DNA of 64,000 bases from Desulfobacterales bacterium (GTDB lineage: Bacteria > Desulfobacterota > Desulfobacteria > Desulfobacterales > UBA5616): the NCBI GenBank assembly GCA_046483495.1, contig JAWODC010000064.1, forward strand, positions 1 to 64,000, read 5' to 3'. The notes under the pieces are model-generated. The model saw nothing but the letters and a program-made list of their open reading frames with translations, was not told the origin of the DNA and made no database searches. How positions within the stretch are numbered: the stretch's first letter is position 1; every line of letters starts with the position of its first letter. Below are positions 29,562-40,951 of this stretch, piece after piece. A program made the position numbers and the translations under genes.

Positions 29562-29700
29562 CGCACATCATCCGCGGCGCATGATGTTATTCTTTGCATT
29601 TTTCCGGCCTCCGTAACGCACCCCGGTTTGCATCATTGCCTGTTTTCGGATACAATGCTTACGTTGTTGCTCAGAAACAGGTCTTGAAGGAGGCGTTTTC

Positions 29701-29994
29701 ATGTCGGAAATTCAAAAGGTCGGCGGCGTCTGCCATATCGGCGACAGTCCGGCCGATGCGATGCAGAAAGAAGAGAGCGTGCGGGAAAAGGTTGACGAAC
29801 ACGGGAATATTTGGTCGAAAGTGTATTTCGGAAGCGGTGCACATTTCAAAAATTGGCTATCCCAGGTTCTCGAGATATTCGGTGAGGAAAATGTAGAAGT
29901 TGAACCCGTTGAACTTGCGGGATTGAAATGTTTCGAAGAACCGGGAAACAGAGCGCATCGCATATGGGTCAAAAAGAAGCGATCGATCGTTTAA
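29701..29994 (+). CDS. Hypothetical protein
   Basis: AAGGAGG RBS, 97-aa ORF filling the gap. Confidence 0.65.
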   Translation: MSEIQKVGGVCHIGDSPADAMQKEESVREKVDEHGNIWSKVYFGSGAHFKNWLSQVLEIFGEENVEVEPVELAGLKCFEEPGNRAHRIWVKKKRSIV

Positions 29995-30287
29995 TCTTTT
30001 GAAAAGCCTTTGAGGTAATCCTCCCATTCCATGGGCAGGAGGTACTTCTTTTTCGAATTGCATGCTTTGCAGCAGACCACAATGTTGCCCTTGGTCGATT
30101 TGCCACCCCGAATAATCGGGACGATATGGTCCATGGTAAGGTCCTTCGGTGGAAACGATCTTCTGCAATAATGGCAGATTCCCTTTGCAAGCCGTCTCTT
30201 CCACCATTGCGTATGCCTCAGTTCCCTAGCCTTTCTCCGCTCTTTTTTAATTTCTTCCTCGTTGGTATATGAAGAAAAAGGATCCAT
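29991..30287 (-). CDS. Small HNH endonuclease
   Basis: CHYC...TMDHIVP..RGG....NIV.CC..CN. Confidence 0.9.
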   Translation of the reverse strand: MDPFSSYTNEEEIKKERRKARELRHTQWWKRRLAKGICHYCRRSFPPKDLTMDHIVPIIRGGKSTKGNIVVCCKACNSKKKYLLPMEWEDYLKGFSKD

Positions 30288-30301
30288 GGACAACGCCCTT
30301 T

Positions 30302-31159
30302 TCAGTCTTTTGTATCATGCACTGTGGATGAATCCAGGTCTCTGATCCAGCGATGAATTTCTCGTGTCAGCAGCTCATAATAAGCCTCGGACCCGCCAAG
30401 CCCTTGTCTTCCGAAAAAATAATTGATCTCCAAAAATAAGGGGCGGGGGCCCTTCTTATTCATCGAGAACATCAGGTCGAAACCGGCTAAATTGATGCCG
30501 GTTTTTTGGCACAGTTCAACCACCTTTTCGATGCCGGCTTGGCGAAGATCCGGATCGGATATTCTGTTAATTTCCGCTCCCTTGGACAGATTCCCATAAA
30601 AGCGATTCGAAGAATGCGTTCGCCAGTACGCAACAACCGTTTTGTAAATGACCACGACTCGAAGTGTTTGCGGTTTGCCGGGTATATAGGCCTGAATCAG
30701 AAAGCCGCTTTGGCCGGTATTTTCAAACCGGCGCGCCCGGTCAAGAAGGCTGTTCAGTTGAGATTCGGATTCAATCGGATAAACGAAATCCCCCTCTCCT
30801 CCCCAGTCGAATTTAAAGACAAACGGATAAGGCGGTAGAATATGCACCTTGTTGGTGTTGCGGAATTTTACGAAGGCCGCCGCATCGGAAAATACAAGGG
30901 ACGGCGGGTGCGGTACGCCAAAATGCCTGAAAAGCCGGACTTGCCGGCATTTGCCCGAATAGGCAAACCGGGCGTCATAGTTCGGAAAAAAATGGGGACA
31001 ATTCTCTTTTACGGTTCGATACAGGGACCATCTGCACCCCTGAGGCAGAATAACCGCTCGAGCGGATCGAATCGCGGCCAAATCCCGCTCATTTGGATCC
31101 CTGCCCGCGCAAATGATCTGCCGATCACCCTCGTATATGGGATTGAAGGAAAGTATCAC
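30302..31159 (-). CDS. RimK-like ATP-grasp protein
   Basis: PFVFK..GGEG, LIQAYIP, GNLSKGA, AGFDL, FLEIN. Confidence 0.8.
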   Translation of the reverse strand: MILSFNPIYEGDRQIICAGRDPNERDLAAIRSARAVILPQGCRWSLYRTVKENCPHFFPNYDARFAYSGKCRQVRLFRHFGVPHPPSLVFSDAAAFVKFRNTNKVHILPPYPFVFKFDWGGEGDFVYPIESESQLNSLLDRARRFENTGQSGFLIQAYIPGKPQTLRVVVIYKTVVAYWRTHSSNRFYGNLSKGAEINRISDPDLRQAGIEKVVELCQKTGINLAGFDLMFSMNKKGPRPLFLEINYFFGRQGLGGSEAYYELLTREIHRWIRDLDSSTVHDTKD

Positions 31160-31161
31160 CC

Positions 31162-32070
31162 TTAGTATCCGAATCTTCTCAACGCTCGGGTATCTTTACT
31201 CCAGTTTTTCTGAACCCTGACAAATAATTTCAAAAAGACTTTTTGGCCCAGGAGCCTCTCTAAATCCTTTCTGGATGCCTCGCCGATCGTTTTCAGTTTT
31301 TTTCCTGATTTTCCAATGAGCATACCCTTTTGGGAGTCACGCTCCACATGTATGGTGGCATAAATGCGGACGGTGCCGGAAGGAGGCACCTCCGAAAATT
31401 CCTCCACCGTAACGGCTACGGCATAAGGAATTTCCTGCCCGGTAAACCGAAATGCCTTTTCCCGGATCAATTCGGCCGCGAGAAACCGTTCAGAAACGTC
31501 TGTAATGCTTTCCGACGGGAAAAACGGCGGACCTTCCGGCAATAATTCTTCAACGGCATGCAACAGCACCTCGTTCTGCTCACCCGTTTTTGCACTGATG
31601 GGTATAATTTCTCTGAAAGGAAAACGATCTTTATAATAATCGATTGCTTTCAACAGGTCCTGTTTTTTGATCAAATCAATTTTATTCAGCACCAGGACAA
31701 CCGGTTTATCGTGCCCTTTAATGCTGTTCATCACCGGATCTTCAGCCGGCGTTTTTTGAAAAGCGGCATCCGCCAGAATCAGAATGAGATCCACTTCACT
31801 GAATGTCGTAACTGCAGCATCCACGATACGTTTGTTCAGCGGGCTTTTGGCGGAATGAATTCCCGGTGTGTCCATAAAAATCAGCTGGGCGGACGGACGG
31901 TGCAGTATGCCGAGTATCCGATTCCGGGTCGTCTGCGGCTTTTTAGAGGTAATGGAGATTTTTTCTCCCAACAGCCGGTTCATAAGCGTGGATTTCCCCA
32001 CATTCGGCGCACCGGCAATCGCAATAAAGCCTGATTTGAAGTTTTGGACTCCGGAATTATGATTGTTCAT
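31162..32070 (-). CDS. era: GTPase Era
   Basis: GAPNVGKST, PQTTR, DTPG, NKID, KH domain. Confidence 0.97.
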   Translation of the reverse strand: MNNHNSGVQNFKSGFIAIAGAPNVGKSTLMNRLLGEKISITSKKPQTTRNRILGILHRPSAQLIFMDTPGIHSAKSPLNKRIVDAAVTTFSEVDLILILADAAFQKTPAEDPVMNSIKGHDKPVVLVLNKIDLIKKQDLLKAIDYYKDRFPFREIIPISAKTGEQNEVLLHAVEELLPEGPPFFPSESITDVSERFLAAELIREKAFRFTGQEIPYAVAVTVEEFSEVPPSGTVRIYATIHVERDSQKGMLIGKSGKKLKTIGEASRKDLERLLGQKVFLKLFVRVQKNWSKDTRALRRFGY

Positions 32071-32680
32071 GATGATCCTTTATTTTTTCATACTCGCCGA
32101 CTGCCGCCGTTTCATCGATGCGGCGCCAAACGGCATCGGTTCCCAGGCGGCTCTTGGCAGAAAAGAGAATCACCTCGGCCGTGTGGGTGGAAAGGGTGCC
32201 GGCGATTTGGGCAAGGCGTGCATTGGTCTTGTTTTTTGAAATTTTATCCGCCTTTGTGAGCACATGGATAACCGGAATACGGTAGCCGGCAAGCCAATGG
32301 ATCACGTCCAGATCTTTGCGGTCCGGCATGCGCCGAATATCGAGTAATAAAACGACCCCTTTCAGATTTCCACGCGTTGTCAGGTACGTCTCAATCATGG
32401 GGCCCCAGTTTTTTCGAACCGATGCCGGCACCTTTGCATACCCATACCCCGGCAAATCGACGAAACCGATTTGTTCATTGATGACGAAAAAATTGATCAA
32501 TTGCGTTCTTCCCGGGACGGCACTGGTTTTTACCAGATGTCTTCGGTTGACAAGGGTGTTGATCAGGGATGATTTGCCCACATTCGAGCGGCCGATGAAG
32601 GCGATTTCCGGATATGAATGAGCCGGGTACTGGGATGGTTTTACGGCGCTCTTGATAAATTCGGCGGATTTGACGATCAT
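32057..32680 (-). CDS. engB: Ribosome biogenesis GTPase YihA/YsxC
   Basis: GRSNVGKSSLIN, DLPGYGY, TKADK. Confidence 0.95.
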   Translation of the reverse strand: MIVKSAEFIKSAVKPSQYPAHSYPEIAFIGRSNVGKSSLINTLVNRRHLVKTSAVPGRTQLINFFVINEQIGFVDLPGYGYAKVPASVRKNWGPMIETYLTTRGNLKGVVLLLDIRRMPDRKDLDVIHWLAGYRIPVIHVLTKADKISKNKTNARLAQIAGTLSTHTAEVILFSAKSRLGTDAVWRRIDETAAVGEYEKIKDHHEQS

Positions 32681-32697
32681 GGCTGGTTCGAACGTTT

Positions 32698-33864
32698 TCA
32701 AGCCGATCGGCATGTCACTCTATCGGGAGAACGCAGATACGTCTCGAGCCGATTCATGCCTTCGGCGATGTTTTCCAGGGAGTTGGCATAAGAGAACCTC
32801 AGGTATCCCTCCCCATTTTTCCCAAAATCGATGCCCGGCGTAACCCCGACATGGGCGTTTTCCAATATGTCAAACGCAAGCCGGTAAGAATCATGGTGAA
32901 ACCGCCCGGCATTGGCGAATACGTAAAAGGCGCCCGTAGGGTCCACGGTAATGCCGAATCCCAGCTCTTTCAGACGCGCCAGCATCAATTTCCGGCGCTC
33001 ATTGTAAATCTGTTTCATTCGGGCCACATCATCTTGTGCGTATGTCAGAGCGGCTATACCGGCTGCCTGCATCATGGCATTGGCGCAGATGAAAAAGTTT
33101 TGCTGAATCTTTTGAATCGGTCGGATAAATTCCGCAGGCGCGATGACGTAACCCAACCGGAGGCCGGTCATGGCATAAAGTTTTGAAAAGCCGTTTAAAA
33201 CAAAAGCCTGATCCGTGTATTCAAGTATGGAATGCTCCTTTCCTTCATAAACAAGCCCGTGATAGATTTCATCCGAAACGATATAGGGAGGAAATCCGGC
33301 GATTTCACGCATCCTATCGGCTGAAAGAAGATTTCCCGTTGGATTTGAGGGTGAATTGATAAAAATGGCCCGTGTTTTTTGAGACAGTTTTTGTTTTATG
33401 GCCTCAGGCCGATATTGAAATCCGTCTTTTTCAAACACCGGCACCGTGACAGGCCGCCCATTTAAAAATTGAATAAAATTCGGATAGCAGGCGTAATGCG
33501 GATCGGAAATAATAACTTCGTCTCCGGGATCCAGGAGCACGGAAAGGGCCAGAAATATCGCAGGAGAAGTCCCCGACGTAATGACGACCCTGCCCGGATC
33601 GATGACCACCCCATATGTTCTTTGGTAGTAATCGCATATGGCCTCCCGAAGCTCGATCATCCCCAGACTATGCGTATAATGGGTGCGATTTTCCCTCAAC
33701 GCCCGGTCGGCGGCCTCCTTCACGCACTCCGGTGCATTAAAATCAGGCTCTCCCACTTCCAGGTGGATGATATCAACCCCGCGTCTTTCCATTTCATGCG
33801 CCTTTTCAAGGACATCCATGACGATAAAAGAAGTCATTTCGTTCATTCGGCGTGCTATCTTCAT
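32698..33864 (-). CDS. Class I/II PLP-dependent aminotransferase
   Basis: GEPDF, NSPSNPTG, SDEIY, FSKLYAMTGLRLG. Confidence 0.93.
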   Translation of the reverse strand: MKIARRMNEMTSFIVMDVLEKAHEMERRGVDIIHLEVGEPDFNAPECVKEAADRALRENRTHYTHSLGMIELREAICDYYQRTYGVVIDPGRVVITSGTSPAIFLALSVLLDPGDEVIISDPHYACYPNFIQFLNGRPVTVPVFEKDGFQYRPEAIKQKLSQKTRAIFINSPSNPTGNLLSADRMREIAGFPPYIVSDEIYHGLVYEGKEHSILEYTDQAFVLNGFSKLYAMTGLRLGYVIAPAEFIRPIQKIQQNFFICANAMMQAAGIAALTYAQDDVARMKQIYNERRKLMLARLKELGFGITVDPTGAFYVFANAGRFHHDSYRLAFDILENAHVGVTPGIDFGKNGEGYLRFSYANSLENIAEGMNRLETYLRSPDRVTCRSA

Positions 33865-33881
33865 ACGGGATTCCAAAGCGA

Positions 33882-34757
33882 TTAAATGACCTTGTTCAGA
33901 GGGTATTCAATGACACCTTCCGCCCCAATGTTCAGCAGCTTGGGAATGAGACCCCGTACAACGTCCGAACTGATCACGGTTTCAACGGAAAACCAGTTTT
34001 TCTGATACAGCGGTGAAACCGTGGGAGCATTCAGGCTGGGCAACAGATCGACCACCTTTTCCAGTGCGCCTTCCGGCACATTCATTTTCAGCCCCACCAT
34101 CTTTTCTCCCAAAAGGGCTCCTTTGAGCAGCAGGGCCATTTGTTCGATCTTTTGCCGTTTAAACGGGTTATTCCAGGCATTGTGATTTGCGATCAACTGG
34201 GTATTGGTCTGCATTAACTCATGTATAATTTTAAGACCATGCGCTTTTATCGTGCTCCCGGTCTCCGTCACTTCCACGACAGCATCCGCCAACCCTGATA
34301 CCACTTTGGCCTCGGTCGCCCCCCAGGAAAATTCCACCGACACATCAATGTTTCGGGACGCAAAATAGGCTTTTGTGAATTCGACCAACTCGGTCGCGAT
34401 TTTCTTTCCCTCGAGGTCATCGAGCGTTCTGACGGAAGAATCATAGGGAACGGCCAGTACCCACCTGGCGGGCTTTGCGCTTGTCTTCGAATACACCAGA
34501 TCACAAACCACATGGACATCCGACCGATTTTCAGCAATCCAATCCCTTCCGGTCAGGCCCGCATCCAATGTGCCGTTTTCAACATAACGCGACATCTCCT
34601 GAGCCCGGCAGATGGCGCATTCGATGGTCTCATCGTTTATTTCAGGAAAATAACTTCTTCCATTGACGTTGATCTTCCAACCGGACCGTCTGAACAATTC
34701 GATGGTCGCATCTTGCAGGCTTCCTTTGGGGATGCCGAGTTTGAGCGTATTCTCCAT
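33882..34757 (-). CDS. hisG: ATP phosphoribosyltransferase (long form)
   Basis: [20 protein letters not shown]. Confidence 0.96.
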   Translation of the reverse strand: MENTLKLGIPKGSLQDATIELFRRSGWKINVNGRSYFPEINDETIECAICRAQEMSRYVENGTLDAGLTGRDWIAENRSDVHVVCDLVYSKTSAKPARWVLAVPYDSSVRTLDDLEGKKIATELVEFTKAYFASRNIDVSVEFSWGATEAKVVSGLADAVVEVTETGSTIKAHGLKIIHELMQTNTQLIANHNAWNNPFKRQKIEQMALLLKGALLGEKMVGLKMNVPEGALEKVVDLLPSLNAPTVSPLYQKNWFSVETVISSDVVRGLIPKLLNIGAEGVIEYPLNKVI

Positions 34758-35131
34758 TACCTGTATACCTCCTTGGGATCAAAGTGTTTGATGCCGTCCA
34801 CCGTAACGGCATTACCGTCCACCCGGTTAAAAAAACAACTTTGATATCCCTTATGGCAGGCCGCCTTGCCGATCTGTTCGACTTTCAATAGAACGGTGTC
34901 CCTATCGCAATCGATGCGAATTTCTTTTACCTGCTGCACATTCCCGGACGTTTCCCCTTTGATCCACAGCTTCTTTCGGCTGCGGCTGTAATAGGTGGCC
35001 TTTTTCGTATTCAGTGTAGCTTCCCATGCCTCGCGGTTCATGAAAGCCAGCATCAGCACTTCTCCGGTCTCATGGTCCTGAACGATAGCCGGTATCAAAC
35101 CGCCGGTTTTTTCAAAATCGAGTTCGATCAT
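34757..35131 (-). CDS. hisI: Phosphoribosyl-AMP cyclohydrolase
   Basis: YSRSR..LW.KGETSG, DCDRD, ACH.G..SCF. Confidence 0.96.
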   Translation of the reverse strand: MIELDFEKTGGLIPAIVQDHETGEVLMLAFMNREAWEATLNTKKATYYSRSRKKLWIKGETSGNVQQVKEIRIDCDRDTVLLKVEQIGKAACHKGYQSCFFNRVDGNAVTVDGIKHFDPKEVYR

Positions 35132-35321
35132 GATCTTCCCTTTTATCGAATGCACGAATATACGCCGTCAATCTTCGTAGCAAAACCCTAAAAACTTTAA
35201 TTCCTACCATAACTTCATAGAAAGTCAATTCAATTTTATCTCTTGATTGTTGCCTTAAAAATTGCTTAGATGCGTCAAACATTGCCAATAATGACTCAAT
35301 GATTCAAGGATTTCGGTTTTT

Positions 35322-37730
35322 ATGAAAATCAGAAAAAAAAGAACCTCCCAAATTCTAAAGAAAAGAGCAAAGAAACAAAATAAAAGCGTCCAGCGAAGGC
35401 TTTTTGGATGGGTATTAGCCGGGATTTTCATCGCCGTAATCACTGGAGCAGCGGTTCTCTTCGGCCTGTTTTTCTTTCTAAGCCGGGATTTGCCTAAAAT
35501 TTCAACCCTGGCGGATTATCGACCCCCCATTATCACCACGGTGTACTCGGATGATGGGCGGAAAATCGGAGAATTTTACCGGGAAAGGCGAATCGTCGTC
35601 CCGCTTGAAGGAATACCCGAGATGTTGAAGCAGGCATTCGTCGCCGCAGAAGATGCCCGATTCTATCACCATCAGGGGGTGGATATCATCAGTATCATCA
35701 GGGCCTTCATTAAAAATCTGGAGGCGGGGGCGATCGTTCAAGGCGGCAGCACCATTACGCAACAGGTCACGAAATCGTTTTTCCTGACGCCGGAACGGAG
35801 TTATACCCGTAAAATCAAAGAAGCGATTCTCGCCTACCGGATTGACCAGGGGTTTTCCAAAGATGAAATTTTGTTTTTGTATTTAAACCAGATTTACCTG
35901 GGACACGGTGCATACGGCGTAGAGGCGGCCGCACAAAATTATTTCGGAAAATCGGTGAAAGCGTTGAGCTTGGCTGAATGCGCCCTGCTCGCCGGTCTGC
36001 CCCAGGCGCCGAGCAAATATTCCCCTTTCAGAAACCCGGAAATGGCCAAACAGCGGCAGATTTACGTACTCAATCGTATGGTCGCCGAGGGATACATCAC
36101 GAATATTCAGGCAACGGAAGCGATCAATGAAGAAACGGACATCAAGCCCAGGCGAAACTGGTTTATTGAATCGGTGCCGTATTTCACGGAATATGTTCGG
36201 CAGTATATCCAAAAAAAATACGGTTCCTATTCGCTATACAATGACGGCCTGAAGGTATACACCACTGTCAATATCGAAATGCAGCAAGCTGCCAAGCGCC
36301 AAGTCCAAAAGGGACTTGCCCGATTGGACAAGCGCCGGGGATACAGGCGACCATTGCAACACCTGGAGATGGCGGAAATTGAAACGTATTCCGAAAACCT
36401 GAAAGAAACGGTCAATGACTCGACCGTGGAAAAAGGGCAAATCGTTGAAGGTGTCATAATCGATATCGATGATGAGGAAAATTTCGCCGTCGTTCGAATG
36501 GCGGAGATGCGCGGCATTCTGAAACTTTCAGATATGAATTGGGCAAGGAAACCGGACCCGGAAAAAGCGACATACGAAGACCCTGTTCGGCAAATAGGGC
36601 ATGTATTGACAGTGGGAGATGTCGTTAATGTCAGACTGAAAGAAAAAAATCCGGATAACGGTACGTGGGAACTTTCACTGGAACAAACCCCGGAAGTTCA
36701 GGCGGCGCTGCTCTGTATCGAAGCGGAAACCGGCCATGTCAAAACCATGGTTGGAGGACGCGACTACAATGAAAGCCAATTTAACCGCGCAATTCAATCA
36801 CGGCGCCAACCGGGCTCCGCATTTAAGCCGATCATTTATGCAGCGGCCCTGGACAGGGGGTATACACCGGCCACGATGCTCATCGACTCCCCTATCGTCT
36901 ATCATAATGAAGCCGAAGATTCAAAATGGAAGCCGAAAAATTACGAAGAAACGTTTCACGGCCCCACGCTTTTACGTAAGGCATTCGCCGAATCCGTCAA
37001 TGTTGTCACAATAAAGCTTCTCCAGGATATCGGAATTGACTATGTAATCGATTACGCCCGGCTGTTGGGGATTTCTTCCGAGATCGAACGGGACCTTTCC
37101 ATTGCCTTGGGTTCTTCGGGTATTTCCCTGCTGGAGATGGTGCAGGCCTATTCCGTCTTCGCCAACCAGGGCTACCGCATCGAACCGGCATTTGTAACAA
37201 AAGTGGTCGATCGTGACGGCAATGTCCTCGAGGAGAACATGCCGAAAAAGGAGCGGGTGATCGAGTCGAGCACGGCCTACATTATGACCAGCCTCATGGA
37301 AAGTGTCGTCAATCATGGTACGGGCAGGCGGGTTCGCGCACTGAACCGTCCGGTAGCCGGTAAAACCGGAACGACCAACAATTTATACGATGCGTGGTTT
37401 GTCGGTTATACCCCGCGGTATATTACCGGGACCTGGGTGGGATTCGATGAAGAAAAGCCCTTGGGAAAGCATGAAACCGGCGCTCGGGCGGCCTCCCCCA
37501 TTTGGCTGGGTTTTATGCAAACCGTTTTGAAAGATCTGCCTGTGCGGGTTTTTCAGGTCCCCGACGGTGTTGTTTTTTCCAAAATAGACGCCGAAACCGG
37601 CCTGCTTCCGATCCCGGAATCGGAGAGCACCCTGTTTGAATGCTTTAAGGAGGGCACTGTCCCGACAGAATATACGCCCAAACCCGATACGATATCCGCA
37701 CCGGATGATTTTTTCAAATCCGGACTCTGA
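35322..37730 (+). CDS. mrcA: Penicillin-binding protein 1A
   Basis: EDARF, GGSTITQQ, RKIKE, SAFK, S.N, KTG. Confidence 0.93.
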   Translation: MKIRKKRTSQILKKRAKKQNKSVQRRLFGWVLAGIFIAVITGAAVLFGLFFFLSRDLPKISTLADYRPPIITTVYSDDGRKIGEFYRERRIVVPLEGIPEMLKQAFVAAEDARFYHHQGVDIISIIRAFIKNLEAGAIVQGGSTITQQVTKSFFLTPERSYTRKIKEAILAYRIDQGFSKDEILFLYLNQIYLGHGAYGVEAAAQNYFGKSVKALSLAECALLAGLPQAPSKYSPFRNPEMAKQRQIYVLNRMVAEGYITNIQATEAINEETDIKPRRNWFIESVPYFTEYVRQYIQKKYGSYSLYNDGLKVYTTVNIEMQQAAKRQVQKGLARLDKRRGYRRPLQHLEMAEIETYSENLKETVNDSTVEKGQIVEGVIIDIDDEENFAVVRMAEMRGILKLSDMNWARKPDPEKATYEDPVRQIGHVLTVGDVVNVRLKEKNPDNGTWELSLEQTPEVQAALLCIEAETGHVKTMVGGRDYNESQFNRAIQSRRQPGSAFKPIIYAAALDRGYTPATMLIDSPIVYHNEAEDSKWKPKNYEETFHGPTLLRKAFAESVNVVTIKLLQDIGIDYVIDYARLLGISSEIERDLSIALGSSGISLLEMVQAYSVFANQGYRIEPAFVTKVVDRDGNVLEENMPKKERVIESSTAYIMTSLMESVVNHGTGRRVRALNRPVAGKTGTTNNLYDAWFVGYTPRYITGTWVGFDEEKPLGKHETGARAASPIWLGFMQTVLKDLPVRVFQVPDGVVFSKIDAETGLLPIPESESTLFECFKEGTVPTEYTPKPDTISAPDDFFKSGL

Positions 37731-38745
37731 CACGATTAACCCATAACGTGTTCCTATCGATATGATCATCCGGGATGACCCGGACCGACCCCGGCCCGAA
37801 CCGACGCATCAGAATGGCAATATTTCGGTTGTTGAGGCCCCGAATCTTGGAAATGTTACTCGGGTTCGAACGGATAGTGAGATCGGCCGGACCTGTCTTG
37901 TTGTGCACCACTTCCAGGATACGGTCCAAAAACATTTCGGAGTAAACCAGGTGACCGAATGACGGATGATAAGGTCCGGCAATGAGAACGCCTTCTTTTT
38001 GCATTTCCGGCGTCGGCTGCAGACCCATTCGGATTACCGGGATATCGTTTTCTTTAAGTGAAGTGTAAATGCCCTTTACCCGGGAAACGCTCTCTTCAAG
38101 AGAAAGCGGGGTATATCGGCCGTTTTTGTACCACCGGGCCAGCAGACTGCGGGAAAAGACCAATGTCGGATAAATACGGACGAAATCCGGACGAAGGCTG
38201 ATGACCGCCTTCAACGTTTTTTCCAATCGAGGTTCATCATCACCCGGAAGCCCCACCATGATTTGTAGGCCCACATTCAAGCCTTGCCGTCTCAAAAGAT
38301 GAACGGCTGATACCGTGTCGGAGGGTGTATGGCCCCTGCCGGAGATTCGAAGCACTTCGTCGTCCATGGACTGGGCACCGATCTCGACGGTTGAAAACGG
38401 GTATGGTGCAATTAGTGCGAGACGGCTTTCACGGACGGTATCCGGGCGGGTGGAACATCGTATGCCGTGGACGGCCCCCGTTTTCGTAAAAGGAGCGACT
38501 GTTTCGAGCAGAAAGTGAATGGTCTGTTCCGGAAGACCCAGGAAATTGCCGCCGAAAAACGCAATTTGGGTTTCGGCTCTAAAACCGGGTCTGCCCGCAA
38601 GATGCCGGTGTATGGTTTGAAAAATGTCCGCTTTGGTCGGAAGCGTCCGGGCAATCCCTGTGATATGATGCTGATTGCAGAATACGCAATTGTGGGGGCA
38701 ACCGGCCTGGGGAATGAATATCGGTATAATATACGGTTTTTTCAC
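37714..38745 (-). CDS. Elp3-like radical SAM protein
   Basis: GCPHNCVFCNQ, STRPD, RIYPTLV, GPYHPSFG. Confidence 0.85.
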   Translation of the reverse strand: MKKPYIIPIFIPQAGCPHNCVFCNQHHITGIARTLPTKADIFQTIHRHLAGRPGFRAETQIAFFGGNFLGLPEQTIHFLLETVAPFTKTGAVHGIRCSTRPDTVRESRLALIAPYPFSTVEIGAQSMDDEVLRISGRGHTPSDTVSAVHLLRRQGLNVGLQIMVGLPGDDEPRLEKTLKAVISLRPDFVRIYPTLVFSRSLLARWYKNGRYTPLSLEESVSRVKGIYTSLKENDIPVIRMGLQPTPEMQKEGVLIAGPYHPSFGHLVYSEMFLDRILEVVHNKTGPADLTIRSNPSNISKIRGLNNRNIAILMRRFGPGSVRVIPDDHIDRNTLWVNRVRVRI

Positions 38746-39449
38746 CTTTTCTGCAGGCTTGCTTTCAGAGCCTTATAAGCGTTCTTGGCGGCTTCCTGTT
38801 CCGCTCCTTTTTTGCTTTTACCCGAACCGGCCGCAGTGATATCATTGAATACGAGTTCTGCTGTGAATGTTTTATCATGATCCGGACCGGTTTCCCTGAT
38901 GATCGTATATTCCGGCATCGAAATCTGGTGAAGCTGTACAAACTCCTGTAAACGGCTTTTATAATCGATGTTGGGGTTGATTTCGTCAATATAAGCGAAC
39001 GTGTCCACAAAAAGCCGTTCGACCAGTTCAAATGCCACCCGGTACCCGCCGTCGAGATATACGGCGGCAATGAGCGCTTCTAAAGCATCCGCCAGAATAG
39101 AGGGCTTGTTGCTCCCGTCGGACATCATCTCGCCCTTGCCGAGCTGAATGAACTCGCCAAGATGAATGTCTCGCGAAATTTCCGCAAGCCGGCTTTCATT
39201 CACCAGGCTCGCCCGCATTTTCGAAAGCTTTCCTTCGTTTACCTGAGGATACCGGAGCATGAGTAAATGGCCGATGACAAGATTTAAAACAGCGTCCCCT
39301 AAAAATTCCAAACGCTCATTGCTTTTCAGCATTTTGTCATTCTGTTCGTTGACATATGAGCTGTGGCGAAAGGCTTCTTCCAACAGCGAAACATCAGTGA
39401 ACCTATGCCCGATAATCTCTGATATATTCACGCTTGTGGTGCTTTCCAT
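38742..39449 (-). CDS. rnc: Ribonuclease III
   Basis: NERLEFLGDAVL, dsRBD KSRLQE...GKSKK.AEQ.AA. Confidence 0.97.
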   Translation of the reverse strand: MESTTSVNISEIIGHRFTDVSLLEEAFRHSSYVNEQNDKMLKSNERLEFLGDAVLNLVIGHLLMLRYPQVNEGKLSKMRASLVNESRLAEISRDIHLGEFIQLGKGEMMSDGSNKPSILADALEALIAAVYLDGGYRVAFELVERLFVDTFAYIDEINPNIDYKSRLQEFVQLHQISMPEYTIIRETGPDHDKTFTAELVFNDITAAGSGKSKKGAEQEAAKNAYKALKASLQKR

Positions 39450-40366
39450 CGATTTCCTGTCAAGCGGCGACTCCGCTCGGGCAGACCCCGGCACATCCGG
39501 CATGCCGCTGCCAATTTTTCATAGATTTCGTAGGGAACCACCAGGTCTCCTTTCCCCTTTCCCATTTGAATATCGGGGGTCAATGTACCGTGAAAGTCCG
39601 TGCCCCCGGTCATCAACAGGTTGTTGCGCCGGGCGATATCAGCCAAAAAGTCTGTCATATCGGGGGAATGCCCTGAATAAAAGACCTCTATACCCATCAA
39701 GCCCATATCCTTTAAAACCGGTATCATGTTTTCAAGAACGGCCGGGTTGTCCGGATGTATAAGAAAGGGATGCGCAAGTACGGGGATACCGCCGGAAATC
39801 CGAATCAGACGAATAGCCTCGGCACTCGAAATGCGGTATTTGTCCACATAGGCGGGTCTGCCTCGACTGAGATATTTGTCAAACGCCTCATTGATCGATG
39901 TAACAAAATTGCGCTTCACGAGCCATTCGGCAATTTGTGGGCGGCCGACCTGATCCTGTACCGAATGGGATAAAACGTCCTCAAGGGTGATGTCGAAATT
40001 CAATGCCCTGAGCTTTTCGATTATTTGAGGATTGCGGTTTTTACGGGCATCTCCGAGCTTTCGGAGGATTTGAATCAGATATGGGTTTTCCGGATCGATG
40101 CAGTAGCCCAGGATATGGCAACTCTCTGCTGCTTCGAATACCGGTGCCATATCAGCACTGATTTCAACACCGGTCAAGAACCCGATGCGTTTTGAAATTC
40201 CGGAATTCTGAGCTTCGATAACACCGGAAACGGTATCGTGGTCGGTTATGGAAATCGCCTTGAGGCCTATTTTTTCAGCATGGTATAAAACTTCAACCGG
40301 TGAAAAGGTCCCATCCGAAGCGGTGGTGTGAATGTGCAGATCAACTGCCGGCTGATTACAATCCAA
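39428..40366 (-). CDS. PHP domain protein (TrpH/YciV-like)
   Basis: DLHIHTTASDG, ITDHD, GVEIS, LAHP, GGTDFHG; start uncertain. Confidence 0.88.
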   Translation of the reverse strand: MDCNQPAVDLHIHTTASDGTFSPVEVLYHAEKIGLKAISITDHDTVSGVIEAQNSGISKRIGFLTGVEISADMAPVFEAAESCHILGYCIDPENPYLIQILRKLGDARKNRNPQIIEKLRALNFDITLEDVLSHSVQDQVGRPQIAEWLVKRNFVTSINEAFDKYLSRGRPAYVDKYRISSAEAIRLIRISGGIPVLAHPFLIHPDNPAVLENMIPVLKDMGLMGIEVFYSGHSPDMTDFLADIARRNNLLMTGGTDFHGTLTPDIQMGKGKGDLVVPYEIYEKLAAACRMCRGLPERSRRLTGNRWKAPQA

Positions 40367-40718
40367 GGGCCTTTTCCATAGCCTCCTCTTTGGTTTTGCA
40401 CTCAATGCACTGCGTTGTCACAGGCCGTGCCTTCAGGCGCTTTATGGAAATATCCCCCCCGCATGTCTCACAAATGCCGAAAGTATCGTTTTCAATCCTT
40501 TCCAGGGCCTTTTTGATTTTTCGAATCAATTTGCTCTCCCTGTCTCTGATGCGAAGCATGAAGTTTCTGTCCGCTTCCAGGGAGGCACGGTCCGTCGGGT
40601 CAGGGAAATTTTCCTTCTGGGACGTCATGCCCACGACGGTGTCGTCCGCTTGATTCAGCAGCTCTTCCAATCGATTTGTCAGCAGTTCTTTGAAATATTC
40701 GATATCTTTCTGTTTCAT
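40356..40718 (-). CDS. dksA: RNA polymerase-binding protein DksA
   Basis: DPTDRA, CETC...RL.ARP....CIEC. Confidence 0.95.
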   Translation of the reverse strand: MKQKDIEYFKELLTNRLEELLNQADDTVVGMTSQKENFPDPTDRASLEADRNFMLRIRDRESKLIRKIKKALERIENDTFGICETCGGDISIKRLKARPVTTQCIECKTKEEAMEKALGL

Positions 40719-40951
40719 ATACGTGACCCTTTTTGCTTCAGGACTAACATAAATAGAAATTCTGATAAATAACACAAGTATATGTTAATGTAAAGCATCA
40801 ATTCAAATTTTTACCATTCAAGGGTAAACAAGTGCTCTATTTTTTATTGTCACATGAATACGAACAGGACGCCGTTTTTAAGAAAGTAGACGAAGACACT
40901 GTTCATGGATAAGAATCCCATCATTGGAACCGAATCTGAATAACCCGCCGT

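Noticed and set aside
29991..30287. HNH nuclease as a mobile or defence element
   Set aside because: Last gene of the hisI-era housekeeping run; no methylase, intron or mobility context.
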